The notes: generated by a model from the sequence alone, not told the origin. Counted from the stretch's first letter, positions 1 through 11,877 are shown. The stretch is DNA of 36,647 nucleotides from Octopus bimaculoides (GCF_001194135.2 NC_068984.1:100461294-100497940); one strand, 5' to 3'. Numbers and translations: made by a program.

Positions 1-1
1 C

Positions 2-54
<53 letters not shown>

Positions 55-824
55 TTTGTATGTATGTATGTATGTATGTATGTATGTATATATATATATA
101 TATCCCTCCCTTATTTTTGCCTACCCCTACATCATATCATCCACTGCAGTTCCCACCATAAACACCATCCTGATACCACTTTTCTTTCTTGCTACTCAGA
201 ACCATCTCACTCATTAGCCATTCTTTATCCATTAACATTGTTCTCCACACCTATATGTTACAATAGCTTTCCCCACCCCTGGACCACCAAATTATCTTTC
301 CTCATGTATTACACCTGTTTTATCTCTCTACTCTACCGCTGCAGCCTGCACAAGCTTATCTTTCTCTCTCTCTCTCTTTTCTCCCTACTGTGGATGGTAG
401 GNNNNNNNNNNNNNNNNNNNNNNNNNNNNNNNNNNNNGGAGGGAGGGAAGGAGGTAGGTAGGTAGGTATCCCTGTAGCCTCCCAAGCTTGTACAACGCCT
501 TCTGTCAACCTGTACAGATGTTGCTTTCTGCCCTCTCCCACTTCGACTATCTCTTCCCTCCTATACACATTTGCAAATCCCCATTCCATCCACCCTCTTC
601 TACTCTTGCTAGTTGCATTTCCACCTGGATACTTTGTCGCCACTGTCTATCCCCTTGGAAACATCTCTCATTCATTCTCAATGTGACTCCTAAATATGAG
701 TAGTCATGTAGCTCCTCCCAAACAAGGACCTACTCTACTCTAACCTCTTTCCTCTTACCTAACAAAATGGCTGTAAAATCCTTCCTCCTTTGGTTTGTTG
801 ACTTGTGATCTACATGATGATCTC

Positions 825-1007
825 AGTAGCATGATAAAAGCACCCAGTATACATAGTAATGTGGTTGGTATTAGGAAGGGCATCTAACCATAGAAACCAT
901 ACCAAAGCAGATGCTGGCCTATGATGCAGTCCTTGACACATTGGATCCTTGTCAAACTGTCCAACCTATGCCAGCATGGAACATGGGCATTAAATGATGA
1001 GGATGAT
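825..1007 (+). mobile_element. SINE family B (GAT-tailed; probable RTE partner), degenerate copy
   Basis: Contains TAAAAGCACCCAG..GTGGTTGGTATTAGGAAGGGCATC..TCCAACCTATGCCAGCATGGAA..TTAAATGATGAGGATGAT; reverse-complement matches at 10048-10215 and 12610-12900. Confidence 0.75.
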
Positions 1008-1080
1008 ATATATATATATATATATATACATATATACATACATATATACATATATACATACATATATACATATAAACCAT

Positions 1081-1268
1081 TAATCCCTATGCATTTTTTC
1101 TCTCTCTGTTTTTTTGTTCTTTCTCCATTTTATGTTTTCTTCTCATCACTTTCTATCAAAGAGCATATGTTTAAAACATCAAAAGCTTTTCCATCGTTCC
1201 TGGGCATCAAACTAATACACTTGCTTGTTGTTCCCTCACCTGTCTTCATCTTTTGTTTTATGTCAATT
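1081..1268 (+). repeat. ~185-nt interspersed repeat family G with a decayed hammerhead-like motif at 1149-1185
   Basis: End-to-end similar to 28168-28356 (shared TAATCCC start and CTTGTTGTTCCCTCACCTGTCTTC block); CTTT-CTATCAAA-GAGC-ATAT-GTTT-AAAAC-ATC-AAAAG aligns to the HHR layout seen at 36078-36114. Confidence 0.75.
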
Positions 1269-1287
1269 TAAATAATATATATATATA

Positions 1288-2548
1288 TTAGGTCATCAAA
1301 TTTGCTGATGTTTTATAGATACAAGGAATAGTTTTATTCATCAAAGTGTGCACCCATATTGTTAATACACTTTTGCCATTTCAGCAGTAGCTTGTCCAGC
1401 CCAGAACTGTAAAAGTCTGGCAATCTAGAGTCAATAAAATCTTGGAAGACCTGTTTTACAGCATCATTGAAATCAAATATTTTTCCTATCAAAAAGTTAT
1501 CCAAATTCTGGAAGAAGTGGTAGTCAGTAGGGACAAAATCAGGTGAGTATGGTGGATGATGGAGAACTTCCAATTCCAACTCTTGTAGTTTCACCAATGT
1601 CATATTTGCAATGTGTGGTCTGGTATTGTCTTGCAATAAAATAGGAGTGGATCTATCGACTAATCTAGGCTGTTTTTCTTTGTAAGTTTCTGCATCATTT
1701 GATCCAGTTTGCTGCAGAATACTTTGGCCATGATTGATGAGCCAGGTTTAATGAAATCCTAATGGATCACACCTGTGCCAGGCCACCAAACACACACCAT
1801 CAACTTCTTTTGATGAATTTTACTTTTTGGACTATATTTTGATGGCTTGTCTTTGTCCAACCATTGTGCTGAACATTTACTGTTGTTGTATTGGATCCAT
1901 CTCTCATCACATGTTACAAATGGATTAAAAAATTATTCATTTTTGTGACTAGAAAGTAGCATAATGCAGTCTTCCAAACATTGCTGTTTCTGATTTTAAG
2001 TGAGTTCATGTGGAACCCACTTATCCAACTTTTTCACTTTACCGATTTGAATTAGGTGAGTCAGTATTGTTTGCTTGCTAACACCAAACAACAATGATAA
2101 TTCATGGGCACTTTGAGATGGATCTGACTCGACAGTGATTTTCAGTTCGTCATTATCCACCTTTGTTTCTGGTTGACCATGTTGCTCATTTGTGAGGTCA
2201 AAGTTACCAGCACAAAATTTTGCAAACCAATTTGATACTGTCTGCTGTGTAATAACATTAGAATGAAATACTCGATTAATATTCTGAGCTGTCTGTGATG
2301 CTGTATTTCCAATAAGGGACTCATATTTCAAAACTGTACGAATTTCTGACTTATCCATCTCTAAACAAAAATAGCAAAAAACAATTTATAAATTCTTTAG
2401 AAAACGCAAAATGAGTTAGAATAAAGAATTAGATGTGTCTGCTTTCTAACAAAAAACTAAGATTGTCAAAATATAATAACAGTGCAAAATGAGCAGCTGT
2501 CAAAGTTTACCATATACCTTACTACAAAATTCATACCTGACAATCTAA
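1288..2548 (-). mobile_element. Full-length (~1.26 kb) mariner transposon, Hsmar1/cecropia-like, inactive
   Basis: TA-flanked degenerate TIRs (TATTAGGTCATC.. and RC TATTAGATTGTCAGGTATG..) enclosing a mariner transposase. Confidence 0.92.
1334..2358 (-). pseudogene. Mariner DD34D transposase pseudogene
   Basis: Contains GKVKKLDKWVPHEL, VTCDERW, QDNTRPH and HPPYSPDFVPTDYHFF; three in-frame stops (first at 1996) and a frameshift near 1680. Confidence 0.93.
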
Positions 2549-2689
2549 TATATATTTGTATATATATATAAACCATACTAGTCACTTGCAAGCAAGCATA
2601 GACACCCTCATAGCCCTCCTACATTTGACATAACCAAACATCCAGGATGTGATGGCTAGATGGAGAAGGGACTGTGTCATTATTGGGCT

Positions 2690-2812
2690 TATGCTCCTTT
2701 TCAGCTGAGTGTACTGGAGCACAATGATTGAGGTAACATCACACAACATATTCTAGGAATAGAATTCATGACCTCATGACTATAAGCCTAATACCCCAAC
2801 CATTAGGTCAAC
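2690..2812 (-). mobile_element. tRNA-headed SINE (family C), degenerate
   Basis: RC reads TGTTGACCTAATGGTTGGGGTATTAGGC..GTCATGAATTCTATTCC..GCTCCAGTACACTCAGCTG: decayed A/B-box head plus SINE body. Confidence 0.45.
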
Positions 2813-3393
2813 AAACACACAAAATTAACTATCACAGCAAACTTCAAGGTTACAAGGGCACCAAATCATCTTCTTTTGTGAATGTTCGTATATGAATCAT
2901 AGTTTACACGCGAATGGAATAAATTATGTGGAAATAAATTTTAGCGTTTAATTACTTAATGTGAACAAAAATTCTTTGTCACAAGTCATATAGCCTTTGT
3001 AACATTTAGCCTGTAATTTGAGGACCAGCAGCAGATCACTTGGTTAACTAAATACTGTATGACATCTAATGATCTGCCATTTTTTGTTATCAGATGGGTT
3101 GCTTCGAAACATGATTCCTTCCTGACTCCTGCTATGCTTTGTTCTCTCTTGTCTCTTAGGCGGTCACTTTGTATCATATAACAGCTCTGGTTACAGCTCA
3201 CTCTCATTTAAGTTTTCACACACCCAATCATCCCTTTTCTTGCAGTAGTTTGCCACCCAAGCCAGTATAACAGACACCACACCCTATAACTCACTTTCAT
3301 GTTATTTCTCCTACTGTTGCTGACCAGCCTCTGTTTGTTGTCTAATTGCCACCTACATTTACAGAGTTTGTCAGCATAGCAGGACTAAAAAAT

Positions 3394-3601
3394 TGTGGCT
3401 GTGTGGTAAGAAGCTTGTTTTCTAACCATATGGTTCTTGGTTCAGTCCAATTGCATGGCACATTGGGCAAGTGTTTTCTACTATGGCCTCAGGCATACCA
3501 AAGCTTTGTGAGTAGATTTGGTAGACATAAACAGAAAGAAGCTCATTGCATATATGTATACATCTATCTATGTGTCTGTGTTTGTCCTCCAACCACCACC
3601 A

Positions 3602-3632
<31 letters not shown>

Positions 3633-3802
3633 TGCCGCCACCACGTTACCTAGTGGTTTGGTAATAGGGACTGATAGAATGAGTATCAGGCTTTACAAAA
3701 CATAATAAGCTCTGAGGCTGATTTGTTCAACTAAAGTTCTTCATGGTGGTGCCCCAGCATGGCCGCCGTCTAATGACTGTAAAGAGTAACAGATAAAAGA
3801 TA
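3394..3802 (+). mobile_element. SINE family A, long form (tRNA-like 5' module, microsatellite, 3' module, GATAAAA tail)
   Basis: GGCTGTGTGGTAAGAAGCTT..GGTTCAGTCC head; 3' GTGCCCCAGCATGGCCG..TAATGACTG block; colinear with 25277-25672. Confidence 0.85.
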
Positions 3803-3803
3803 T

Positions 3804-3839
<36 letters not shown>

Positions 3840-3898
3840 CACATGCACACACACACACACACATGCACATCACACACATGTTGAATGCATATGCATTG

Positions 3899-3944
<46 letters not shown>

Positions 3945-4227
3945 CAAAAACCAGCTAAGAGAAATAAATCAGAGTGGCCAGTTGTATGGATGTGAACAAC
4001 AAAGACTAACAAATTTATATTAAGTAGCATGCAAGATAAATTCTTTATTTGTTTAGATTATCTTCACTTCCAGAGAAGATTAACAAACACCTAGCAGCAA
4101 TTGCAACTAACACTACATGGGAAGGGGAGATAATTTGATGAATCAAAAATTCTCTGGAAATGACATGCTGTTAAAAACCATAAAGACTATTTATTTCTGA
4201 CGATAAGAAAATAACAGCTGTTTTCAT

Positions 4228-4228
4228 A

Positions 4229-4281
<53 letters not shown>

Positions 4282-4504
4282 AGGTATGTGTGTGTTTCTG
4301 TCTTTGTCTTTATGTTTTCATTTCTCATTGTGTTTAACGTTTTTTGTGATGTCCTGTACCCATATATGCTTGTATGTATACATATAGATGTAGCTATGTA
4401 CATATATGTATGGATATATGCATATAATTATATATTATTTATGTTATTATATATGTGTGTGTGTGTGTGTGTATGTGTGTGTGTGTGTATGTGTGTGTGT
4501 GTGT

Positions 4505-4558
<54 letters not shown>

Positions 4559-4560
4559 TT
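4228..4560. repeat. (TG)n microsatellites flanking an inverted copy of repeat family F (4290-4440)
   Basis: GTCCTGTACCCATATAT at 4351-4367 is the reverse complement of the family F core at 23801 and 25142. Confidence 0.8.
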
Positions 4561-4996
4561 ATACATATGCACAGTCTAGATGCACTGACAAATATACACA
4601 TACAAACACATACATATGCTTCCATATATACGCGTGTGCATGTGTGTTTATTGTGTATGAATGGGAGCATTTACATAGAGAAGTGTTGATTGCAAAGTAT
4701 GGATAAAACCAGTGGATGAGGGAGACAAAGAAAGACATGGGACAAAGTAGTAAAGACCTGAGGATTTGAAGATCATGAAGGAGATGAAGTTGGGAGTCCT
4801 TAAAACGTTATTTATGTCTATTCTCTGGTACCCAATTTGTCCTAGTCAAGCCATCCCCACAACTTATCTTCCTAAAATCCCTTCCTCCCTCCATCACTGT
4901 TCTACCAATGGCACTGTTCTCTCAACTGCTGTAATTATACAAGGACAAACATTTCAACATATTCATCTTTGTTTGTTTTTATGCTCAGTTATAATC

Positions 4997-5200
4997 CTTT
5001 CTGCCATAGGCACATGGCCTGAAATTTTGCAGGAGGGAACTAGTCAATTACATTGACCACAGTGTTTCATTGGTACTTAATTCATTGACCCCAAAAGAAT
5101 GAAAAGCAAAGTTGACCTCAGTGGAATTTGAACTCTATACGTAGTGACGTGCGAAATACTGCTAAGCATTTAATCCAGCATGCTAATGATTTGGGTAGTT
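4997..5200 (-). mobile_element. tRNA-derived SINE family D (possibly CORE/OR2-type)
   Basis: Colinear with 20808-21022 (TCAATTACATTGACC, GATGAAAAGCAAAGT(T/C)GACCTC, GGAATTTGAACT, GCTAAGCATT); B box GTTCAAATTCC on the minus strand. The named-family assignment is from memory only. Confidence 0.8.
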
Positions 5201-5301
5201 TGTTGTTTTATGATCAGTTATAATAAAAACAACAATTTTACATTAATCTGATGGGTTACTCTATACTTTTGTCAAGTATAAATTTATTATTCTTATACAA
5301 G

Positions 5302-5377
5302 AATGTTGTTGAAAGTGACTTTGAAGTCTGATGATGGCTTAGCTGGCTGAAACTTCAAAGCAACTGTCAAAAACATT
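5302..5377 (+). ncRNA. 26-bp hairpin whose loop is a hammerhead-like core lacking stem I
   Basis: Arms 5302-5327 and 5352-5377 pair at 22 of 26 positions; the loop reads (GU)CUGAUGA-UGGCUUAGCUGGCU-GAA(AC). Confidence 0.4.
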
Positions 5378-5439
5378 TTTGATTATGAAACTGATATGCT
5401 GCCTACTGCACTACTGAGGTCTCTGTCAAACAGTCAAAG

Positions 5440-5506
5440 GCTGTTGGTGGGACTTGAACACACATCTCTTGTAAACACAGCAAGCATTCTAACATTGGAC
5501 CAAAGC
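5440..5506 (-). pseudogene. tRNA-like sequence (tRNA pseudogene or SINE head)
   Basis: RC GCTTTGGTCCAATGTTAGAATGCTTGCTGTGTTTACAAGAGATGTGTGTTCAAGTCCCACCAACAGC: A-box-like TGGTCCAATG, B box GTTCAAGTC, CTTG/CAAG anticodon-like stem, 67 nt. Confidence 0.4.
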
Positions 5507-6285
5507 AATCCATGTATAAGAATATTAAATATATACACCTTCTCCTTGACTTACAACCAACTTGCTTTCTGACTGACAGGTCATTAGTCAATCTGGTCAT
5601 ATATTAGATTTATATTTTTCAACACTGTTTTCATTCAAACGCAACTGATGCTTGAAAGAGACTGAGTGGGAGACAGTAGCAAGTAGTGGATGCCTTGGTC
5701 TGAGAGAGGCCCGTATTGCCAGATGCTGCTATAGTTATCATATGTGCAGCTGCCCAACATCTGAAAATTGATTATTTATTAAAAATTTTTTTTGGTCATA
5801 AATGCAGATGGTAGTAAGTCGCATAGGTCATAAGTCAAGGAAGTGCATAGTTGTCTCCTGTTTTGAGCTACCAATTATCTTTCTCTTTGAAACCACTTCC
5901 TTTCATCACCCATCCAGCATTCTCAGTATCATCCCTTACCACTTTATTTTGTACTGAACACCCCTTTCTCTGTCACTGTGCATTCCTTTCTCTCATATTA
6001 CATCATCTCCCTATTTCTCATCCAACTACAGCTTTACAATACTACTGTTCTACCTTCCTCATTTTGTACTGCAACCCATCACTCTTGCTCACTTACCCAT
6101 TCCCATTTCCTTCACCTTCACCCAAACTGATATTCACCATTGACCACTCTTCCATCTGTGTTCAGGATCTACTGCACTCACCTCCATCTCCATATCTAAC
6201 CATCTGTAACTCTCCTTTTGCAAACTCATTCACCTGCCTGATCTCTTCTTATTCTCTCTTACATTCACATTCTTGTTCATTAAGT

Positions 6286-6582
6286 CAGGGGTTTTCAAAC
6301 TGTGGTCTGCGGACTACAGGGGGTCCGCAAGGACAAGACAGGGGGTCCGTAGACAGCAAATACTTTTTATGGGCAATTTGATTTTATATATGTTTTTTAA
6401 TCGAAATCTTTTAATTGACAATAAACCTATTTGTTAAATACTGTTAAATAAATAAATGTAAAAATATATGTTATTTTAAGCAAATATTTATGTATAAATT
6501 TCATAAGCGTTTATAAAGGGGTCCCTAAGGTAAGGCCTGAAAGATGAAGGGGTCCACAAGTCAAAAAATTTGAAAACCCCTG
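6286..6582. mobile_element. hAT-superfamily (Charlie-like) MITE, 297 bp
   Basis: 14-bp perfect TIR CAGGGGTTTTCAAA; perfect 8-bp TSD CATTAAGT at 6278-6285 and 6583-6590; repeated subterminal GGGGTCC motifs. Confidence 0.95.
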
Positions 6583-6799
6583 CATTAAGTGTATGGTCTG
6601 ACAATTCAACACCACCATTTTTTCTTTCTTTCCAGCTGGCATAATTATGTGTCTCCCCTACAAGCAAGACACTTGTTCCTGCCCCTTCATCATACTTTAG
6701 TGCCTCAACACTAGGCATGAGACTACCTCCCTCAAATACAACATCCCCACTCAATCAGTGTGTGTGTGGGGGGGGGGGCTTGTCTTGCTAGTTACTAGT

Positions 6800-6977
6800 G
6801 CCTGTGCCTCAAAAAATGCATCCAGTACACTCTGTAAAGCAGCTGACATTAGAAAGAGCATCCAGCCATAGAAATCATGCAAAGCAGATATTGGGCTCTA
6901 TCTCATTTGATGCTGCTGAGCTGTTCAATCATGCTAGTTTGGAAGAAGGACATTAAATGCTGTAACTGATGATGATC
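6800..6977 (+). mobile_element. SINE family B, degenerate copy
   Basis: CATCCAGTACACTCTG..AGAAAGAGCATCCAGCCATAGAAA..GGACATTAAATG..GATGATGAT. Confidence 0.65.
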
Positions 6978-7466
6978 ATATATGCTAATACACAGACATG
7001 TAAGCTATATGCATATAAAGTCACACACACACACACTAACACAAACACATAAAAACACACACAAACATACACAAACACACACATACATATGTGTATGATT
7101 TTTTTATTATTTGAATTTAGTCAGCACCCCATCACAAACCTTTGGTTTGTTGCTGGTAGAGCAGTTATTACCTTGCCTACATTATTAATACTCAGCTAAG
7201 CTTGGCTGCCAGTAAAGATTGAGATTTTAAAATCCTGTCTGGCATGAGATCTGGTGTTCGTTCAGCCATATTGTATTCTGGCTGACAGTCAGTCCTTCAT
7301 ATAACTGAAGAATGCAATAGACTTGTTCTTTCAATTTTCGATGGTATATTGACTGTAATTTCAACAATAATAAAATTATACACACTCAACCATTTGTAAT
7401 AAGGTATTCCTTCTTGCATTCATCCCCACTAATGCAGTACATAAACACACATAAACATGCATGCAT

Positions 7467-7527
<61 letters not shown>

Positions 7528-7720
7528 GGTACACACACATACACCCACACACTTGCATACACACTCACATGAGAAAGAATATTGAATACTGATGTAGAAT
7601 GTAAATATCAATTTTAGTGGCAAGATTACCCTTTGCTGCTACTCATATTTTTGTGTATCATACAAATCACATGATCTGTTGCATATGCAAATGATCTGAG
7701 TAGTAACAGAGATTTATTTT

Positions 7721-7755
<35 letters not shown>

Positions 7756-8014
7756 TAGTAATAGGTAAGAAAATGTTAAAAATGGTACATAGTATAACTG
7801 CCCACACAATAAGTGTCCAGACCAGACCAAGTGCTTAAAATGTGATACTGAGTGGAGGAATACAGGATTTGGGGAAATGAGCATTGACTATGGACGATGT
7901 ACAGGTCAAGCTAATGTACCAAATCCACTCACAGAAAACCAAGACAATCTTCAGAGTAAAAAAGCTCATTGTGATTCTTCATAGACAAGAACAAATCCAA
8001 GAAATTCATACCAC

Positions 8015-8236
8015 TAGGTGCAGGCATGGCTTGTAGGTACAGGCATGGCTTGTAGGTACAGGCATGGCTGTGGAGTAAGAAGTTTGCTTCCCAACCACAT
8101 GGTTCTGGGTTCAGTCCCATTGCATGGCACCTTGGGCAAATGTCTTCTACTATGGTCTCGGGCCGACCAAAGCCTTGTGAGTGTATTTGGTAGATGGAAA
8201 CTGAAAGAAGCTTGTTGTATGTAGGTAAATATATAT
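8015..8236 (+). mobile_element. SINE family A 5' module with a triplicated 19-bp head
   Basis: TAGGT(G/A)CAGGCATGGCTTG three times, then the family A body, running into (TA)n and a gap. Confidence 0.88.
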
Positions 8237-10023
8237 NNNNNNNNNNNNNNNNNNNNNNNNNNNNNNNNNNNNNNNNNNNNNNNNNNNNNNNNNNNNNNNN
8301 NNNNNNNNNNNNNNNNNNNNNNNNNNNNNNNNNNNNNNNNNNNNNNNNNNNNNNNNNNNNNNNNNNNNNNNNNNNNNNNNNNNNNNNNNNNNNNNNNNNN
8401 NNNNNNNNNNNNNNNNNNNNNNNNNNNNNNNNNNNNNNNNNNNNNNNNNNNNNNNNNNNNNNNNNNNNNNNNNNNNNNNNNNNNNNNNNNNNNNNNNNNN
8501 NNNNNNNNNNNNNNNNNNNNNNNNNNNNNNNNNNNNNNNNNNNNNNNNNNNNNNNNNNNNNNNNNNNNNNNNNNNNNNNNNNNNNNNNNNNNNNNNNNNN
8601 NNNNNNNNNNNNNNNNNNNNNNNNNNNNNNNNNNNNNNNNNNNNNNNNNNNNNNNNNNNNNNNNNNNNNNNNNNNNNNNNNNNNNNNNNNNNNNNNNNNN
8701 NNNNNNNNNNNNNNNNNNNNNNNNNNNNNNNNNNNNNNNNNNNNNNNNNNNNNNNNNNNNNNNNNNNNNNNNNNNNNNNNNNNNNNNNNNNNNNNNNNNN
8801 NNNNNNNNNNNNNNNNNNNNNNNNNNNNNNNNNNNNNNNNNNNNNNNNNNNNNNNNNNNNNNNNNNNNNNNNNNNNNNNNNNNNNNNNNNNNNNNNNNNN
8901 NNNNNNNNNNNNNNNNNNNNNNNNNNNNNNNNNNNNNNNNNNNNNNNNNNNNNNNNNNNNNNNNNNNNNNNNNNNNNNNNNNNNNNNNNNNNNNNNNNNN
9001 NNNNNNNNNNNNNNNNNNNNNNNNNNNNNNNNNNNNNNNNNNNNNNNNNNNNNNNNNNNNNNNNNNNNNNNNNNNNNNNNNNNNNNNNNNNNNNNNNNNN
9101 NNNNNNNNNNNNNNNNNNNNNNNNNNNNNNNNNNNNNNNNNNNNNNNNNNNNNNNNNNNNNNNNNNNNNNNNNNNNNNNNNNNNNNNNNNNNNNNNNNNN
9201 NNNNNNNTATATGTATATATATATGTATGTATGTATGTATATAATGAAAGAAAAGGTGATATTTACTAAAAATCTCAAAATGTGCCATAGGTAAAATGAA
9301 AAAGGAAAACAAGAAAGAAATCACAAAGTGTGTCTGTTCTACTAATTAACACAGGCAATCAACAAGGTGTGTGAGTTTGTGGATAGATGTCTGTTTTATT
9401 AACACTTCTAATATTGGTTTATATGACCAGTGACATATTCTCTGTCATTTCCTCTAATGTCCACCTGAAATTACTGTGAGATTTCCATCAGCTGATAATT
9501 ACGAAAATTTATAACTTGGGTACAACTGAGAAAGAAATGGTATTAGTGTGTATATGAGTGTGTATGTGTGTGTGTGTGTGTGTGGGGTTGTGTGTGGGGT
9601 TGGGGGTAGAATGGGGGTGGAGTCTACGAACTAGGGAATTTCCTACCATCTTGTCTATCTTCCACCCACTTCATTCTGCCTCACACAAGCTTTCCACTCC
9701 CAGTGACGACCATGTCCTGTAATGTCTGGTAACAACAAATACCTTTGGACAAAGCTCAATGCCCACAGTTTAATGAGAGAAGACATCCATGCGATTATTT
9801 AGTTTGCTAGAAATATCGACAAAATTAGCTTTCAGTTACATCTCAATAAGATATGATTTGAAGAATCAGATTTATGGATTTATTCCCCCCTCCTACTTTA
9901 ATAACATCATGAAGTTCTTTGGGTATCGTCAATGGAGTCAGCTCTTTGCATGCATTTAGGCCAGATCTCCAGTTTGAATGTATTTCCCTTCTTTTCTTGC
10001 ACAAAAGATGCTTTGTTGGTTAA

Positions 10024-10399
10024 TCCTTTAGCATTTAAACTGGCTATCTTCATCATTGTCGTTTAATGTCCGCTTTCCATGCTAGCATGGGTTGGACGAT
10101 TTGACTGGGGACTGGTGGACTAGGAGGCGACATCAGGCTCCAATCTGCTCTTCCTAACACCAACCACTCTGAGAGTGTAGTGGGTGCTTTTACGTGCCAC
10201 CGGCACAAGGGCCAGTCGTCTGGCCTAAATATTCTATTTGTTTTATGTTCAAACTGGCCAGACATAGCCTCTCACACCTACTCTAGAATAAACAATCACA
10301 TCATTGAAATCTAAGAGCTACAAGATAATATATAATTAATTCAAAACTGTGTGAATAAAAAAACATTCAATTTGACAGAATAATCTGAAAGCTAAAGGG
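10024..10399. mobile_element. TTAA-flanked piggyBac-type MITE carrying a nested SINE B
   Basis: TTAA at 10020-10023 and 10400-10403; ends TCCTTTAGCATTTAAA and (RC) CCCTTTAGCTTTCAGA. Confidence 0.7.
10048..10215 (-). mobile_element. SINE family B, internally deleted, nested in the MITE
   Basis: CATCATTGTCGTTTAATGTCCGCTTTCCATGCTAGCATGGGTTGGACG..CCAACCACTCTGAGAGTGTAGTGGGTGCTTTTA. Confidence 0.85.
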
Positions 10400-10572
10400 T
10401 TAAATGAGGGGGAAAAAATGAAATTAGATAATGTGACCTTAAATACATTTTGCCAGAAGAAAACTGGCATGATCACAGTTGGACTGTCTTTGATTAAAAT
10501 CTTGTTGAATTAAAGCTGACCAGGGACTAAGCAACAGCAGCAACAAGAACAACAAATACCACATCAACAACA

Positions 10573-10599
10573 AGATCATCATCATTATGGTCATCATTG

Positions 10600-10648
<49 letters not shown>

Positions 10649-10697
10649 TTAATGTCTGTTTTCCATGCTGGTATGAGCCAGATAGGTTAACAGGATA
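10573..10697 (-). mobile_element. SINE family B 3' end with expanded (CAT)n tail, cut by a gap
   Basis: (CAT)n followed by TTTAATGTCTGTTTTCCATGCTGGTATG. Confidence 0.75.
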
Positions 10698-11877
10698 NNN
10701 NNNNNNNNNNNNNNNNNNNNNNNNNNNNNNNNNNNNNNNNNNNNNNNNNNNNNNNNNNNNNNNNNNNNNNNNNNNNNNNNNNNNNNNNNNNNNNNNNNNN
10801 NNNNNNNNNNNNNNNNNNNNNNNNNNNNNNNNNNNNNNNNNNNNNNNNNNNNNNNNNNNNNNNNNNNNNNNNNNNNNNNNNNNNNNNNNNNNNNNNNNNN
10901 NNNNNNNNNNNNNNNNNNNNNNNNNNNNNNNNNNNNNNNNNNNNNNNNNNNNNNNNNNNNNNNNNNNNNNNNNNNNNNNNNNNNNNNNNNNNNNNNNNNN
11001 NNNNNNNNNNNNNNNNNNNNNNNNNNNNNNNNNNNNNNNNNNNNNNNNNNNNNNNNNNNNNNNNNNNNNNNNNNNNNNNNNNNNNNNNNNNNNNNNNNNN
11101 NNNNNNNNNNNNNNNNNNNNNNNNNNNNNNNNNNNNNNNNNNNNNNNNNNNNNNNNNNNNNNNNNNNNNNNNNNNNNNNNNNNNNNNNNNNNNNNNNNNN
11201 NNNNNNNNNNNNNNNNNNNNNNNNNNNNNNNNNNNNNNNNNNNNNNNNNNNNNNNNNNNNNNNNNNNNNNNNNNNNNNNNNNNNNNNNNNNNNNNNNNNN
11301 NNNNNNNNNNNNNNNNNNNNNNNNNNNNNNNNNNNNNNNNNNNNNNNNNNNNNNNNNNNNNNNNNNNNNNNNNNNNNNNNNNNNNNNNNNNNNNNNNNNN
11401 NNNNNNNNNNNNNNNNNNNNNNNNNNNNNNNNNNNNNNNNNNNNNNNNNNNNNNNNNNNNNNNNNNNNNNNNNNNNNNNNNNNNNNNNNNNNNNNNNNNN
11501 NNNNNNNNNNNNNNNNNNNNNNNNNNNNNNNNNNNNNNNNNNNNNNNNNNNNNNNNNNNNNNNNNNNNNNNNNNNNNNNNNNNNNNNNNNNNNNNNNNNN
11601 NNNNNNNNNNNNNNNNNNNNNNNNNNNNNNNNNNNNNNNNNNNNATATATACATATACATATATATAAATATACACACACACACACATATATATATTTAT
11701 ATGTATGTATGTGTGTGTATGTGCATATATGCGCACACACATACACACACACATGCAGATATTTATAATGGAGAAGGGAAAAAGTTCTCTGTATATTGTA
11801 GAGTGTAAATATATTTATTTAGTTGTTGCTGTATGTTGGTACTTTTCACATTGACATACTCGTTCAGATACTAGCTT

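Noticed and set aside
100-800. Pyrimidine-rich, strand-asymmetric tracts (also 5850-6285 and 23220-23400) as ancient LINE ORFs
   Set aside because: No recognisable protein motif in any frame I read; left unassigned.
5328-5350. Box C/D snoRNA gene
   Set aside because: Only 12 nt lie between the boxes, too short for a typical snoRNA; kept only as a K-turn alternative in the findings.
5590-9530. Candidate host exons after acceptor-like sites (minus 5760, plus 6634, minus ~7345, minus ~9527; also minus ~32730)
   Set aside because: Frames close quickly or give peptides I do not recognise; they would need RNA-seq or BLASTx support.
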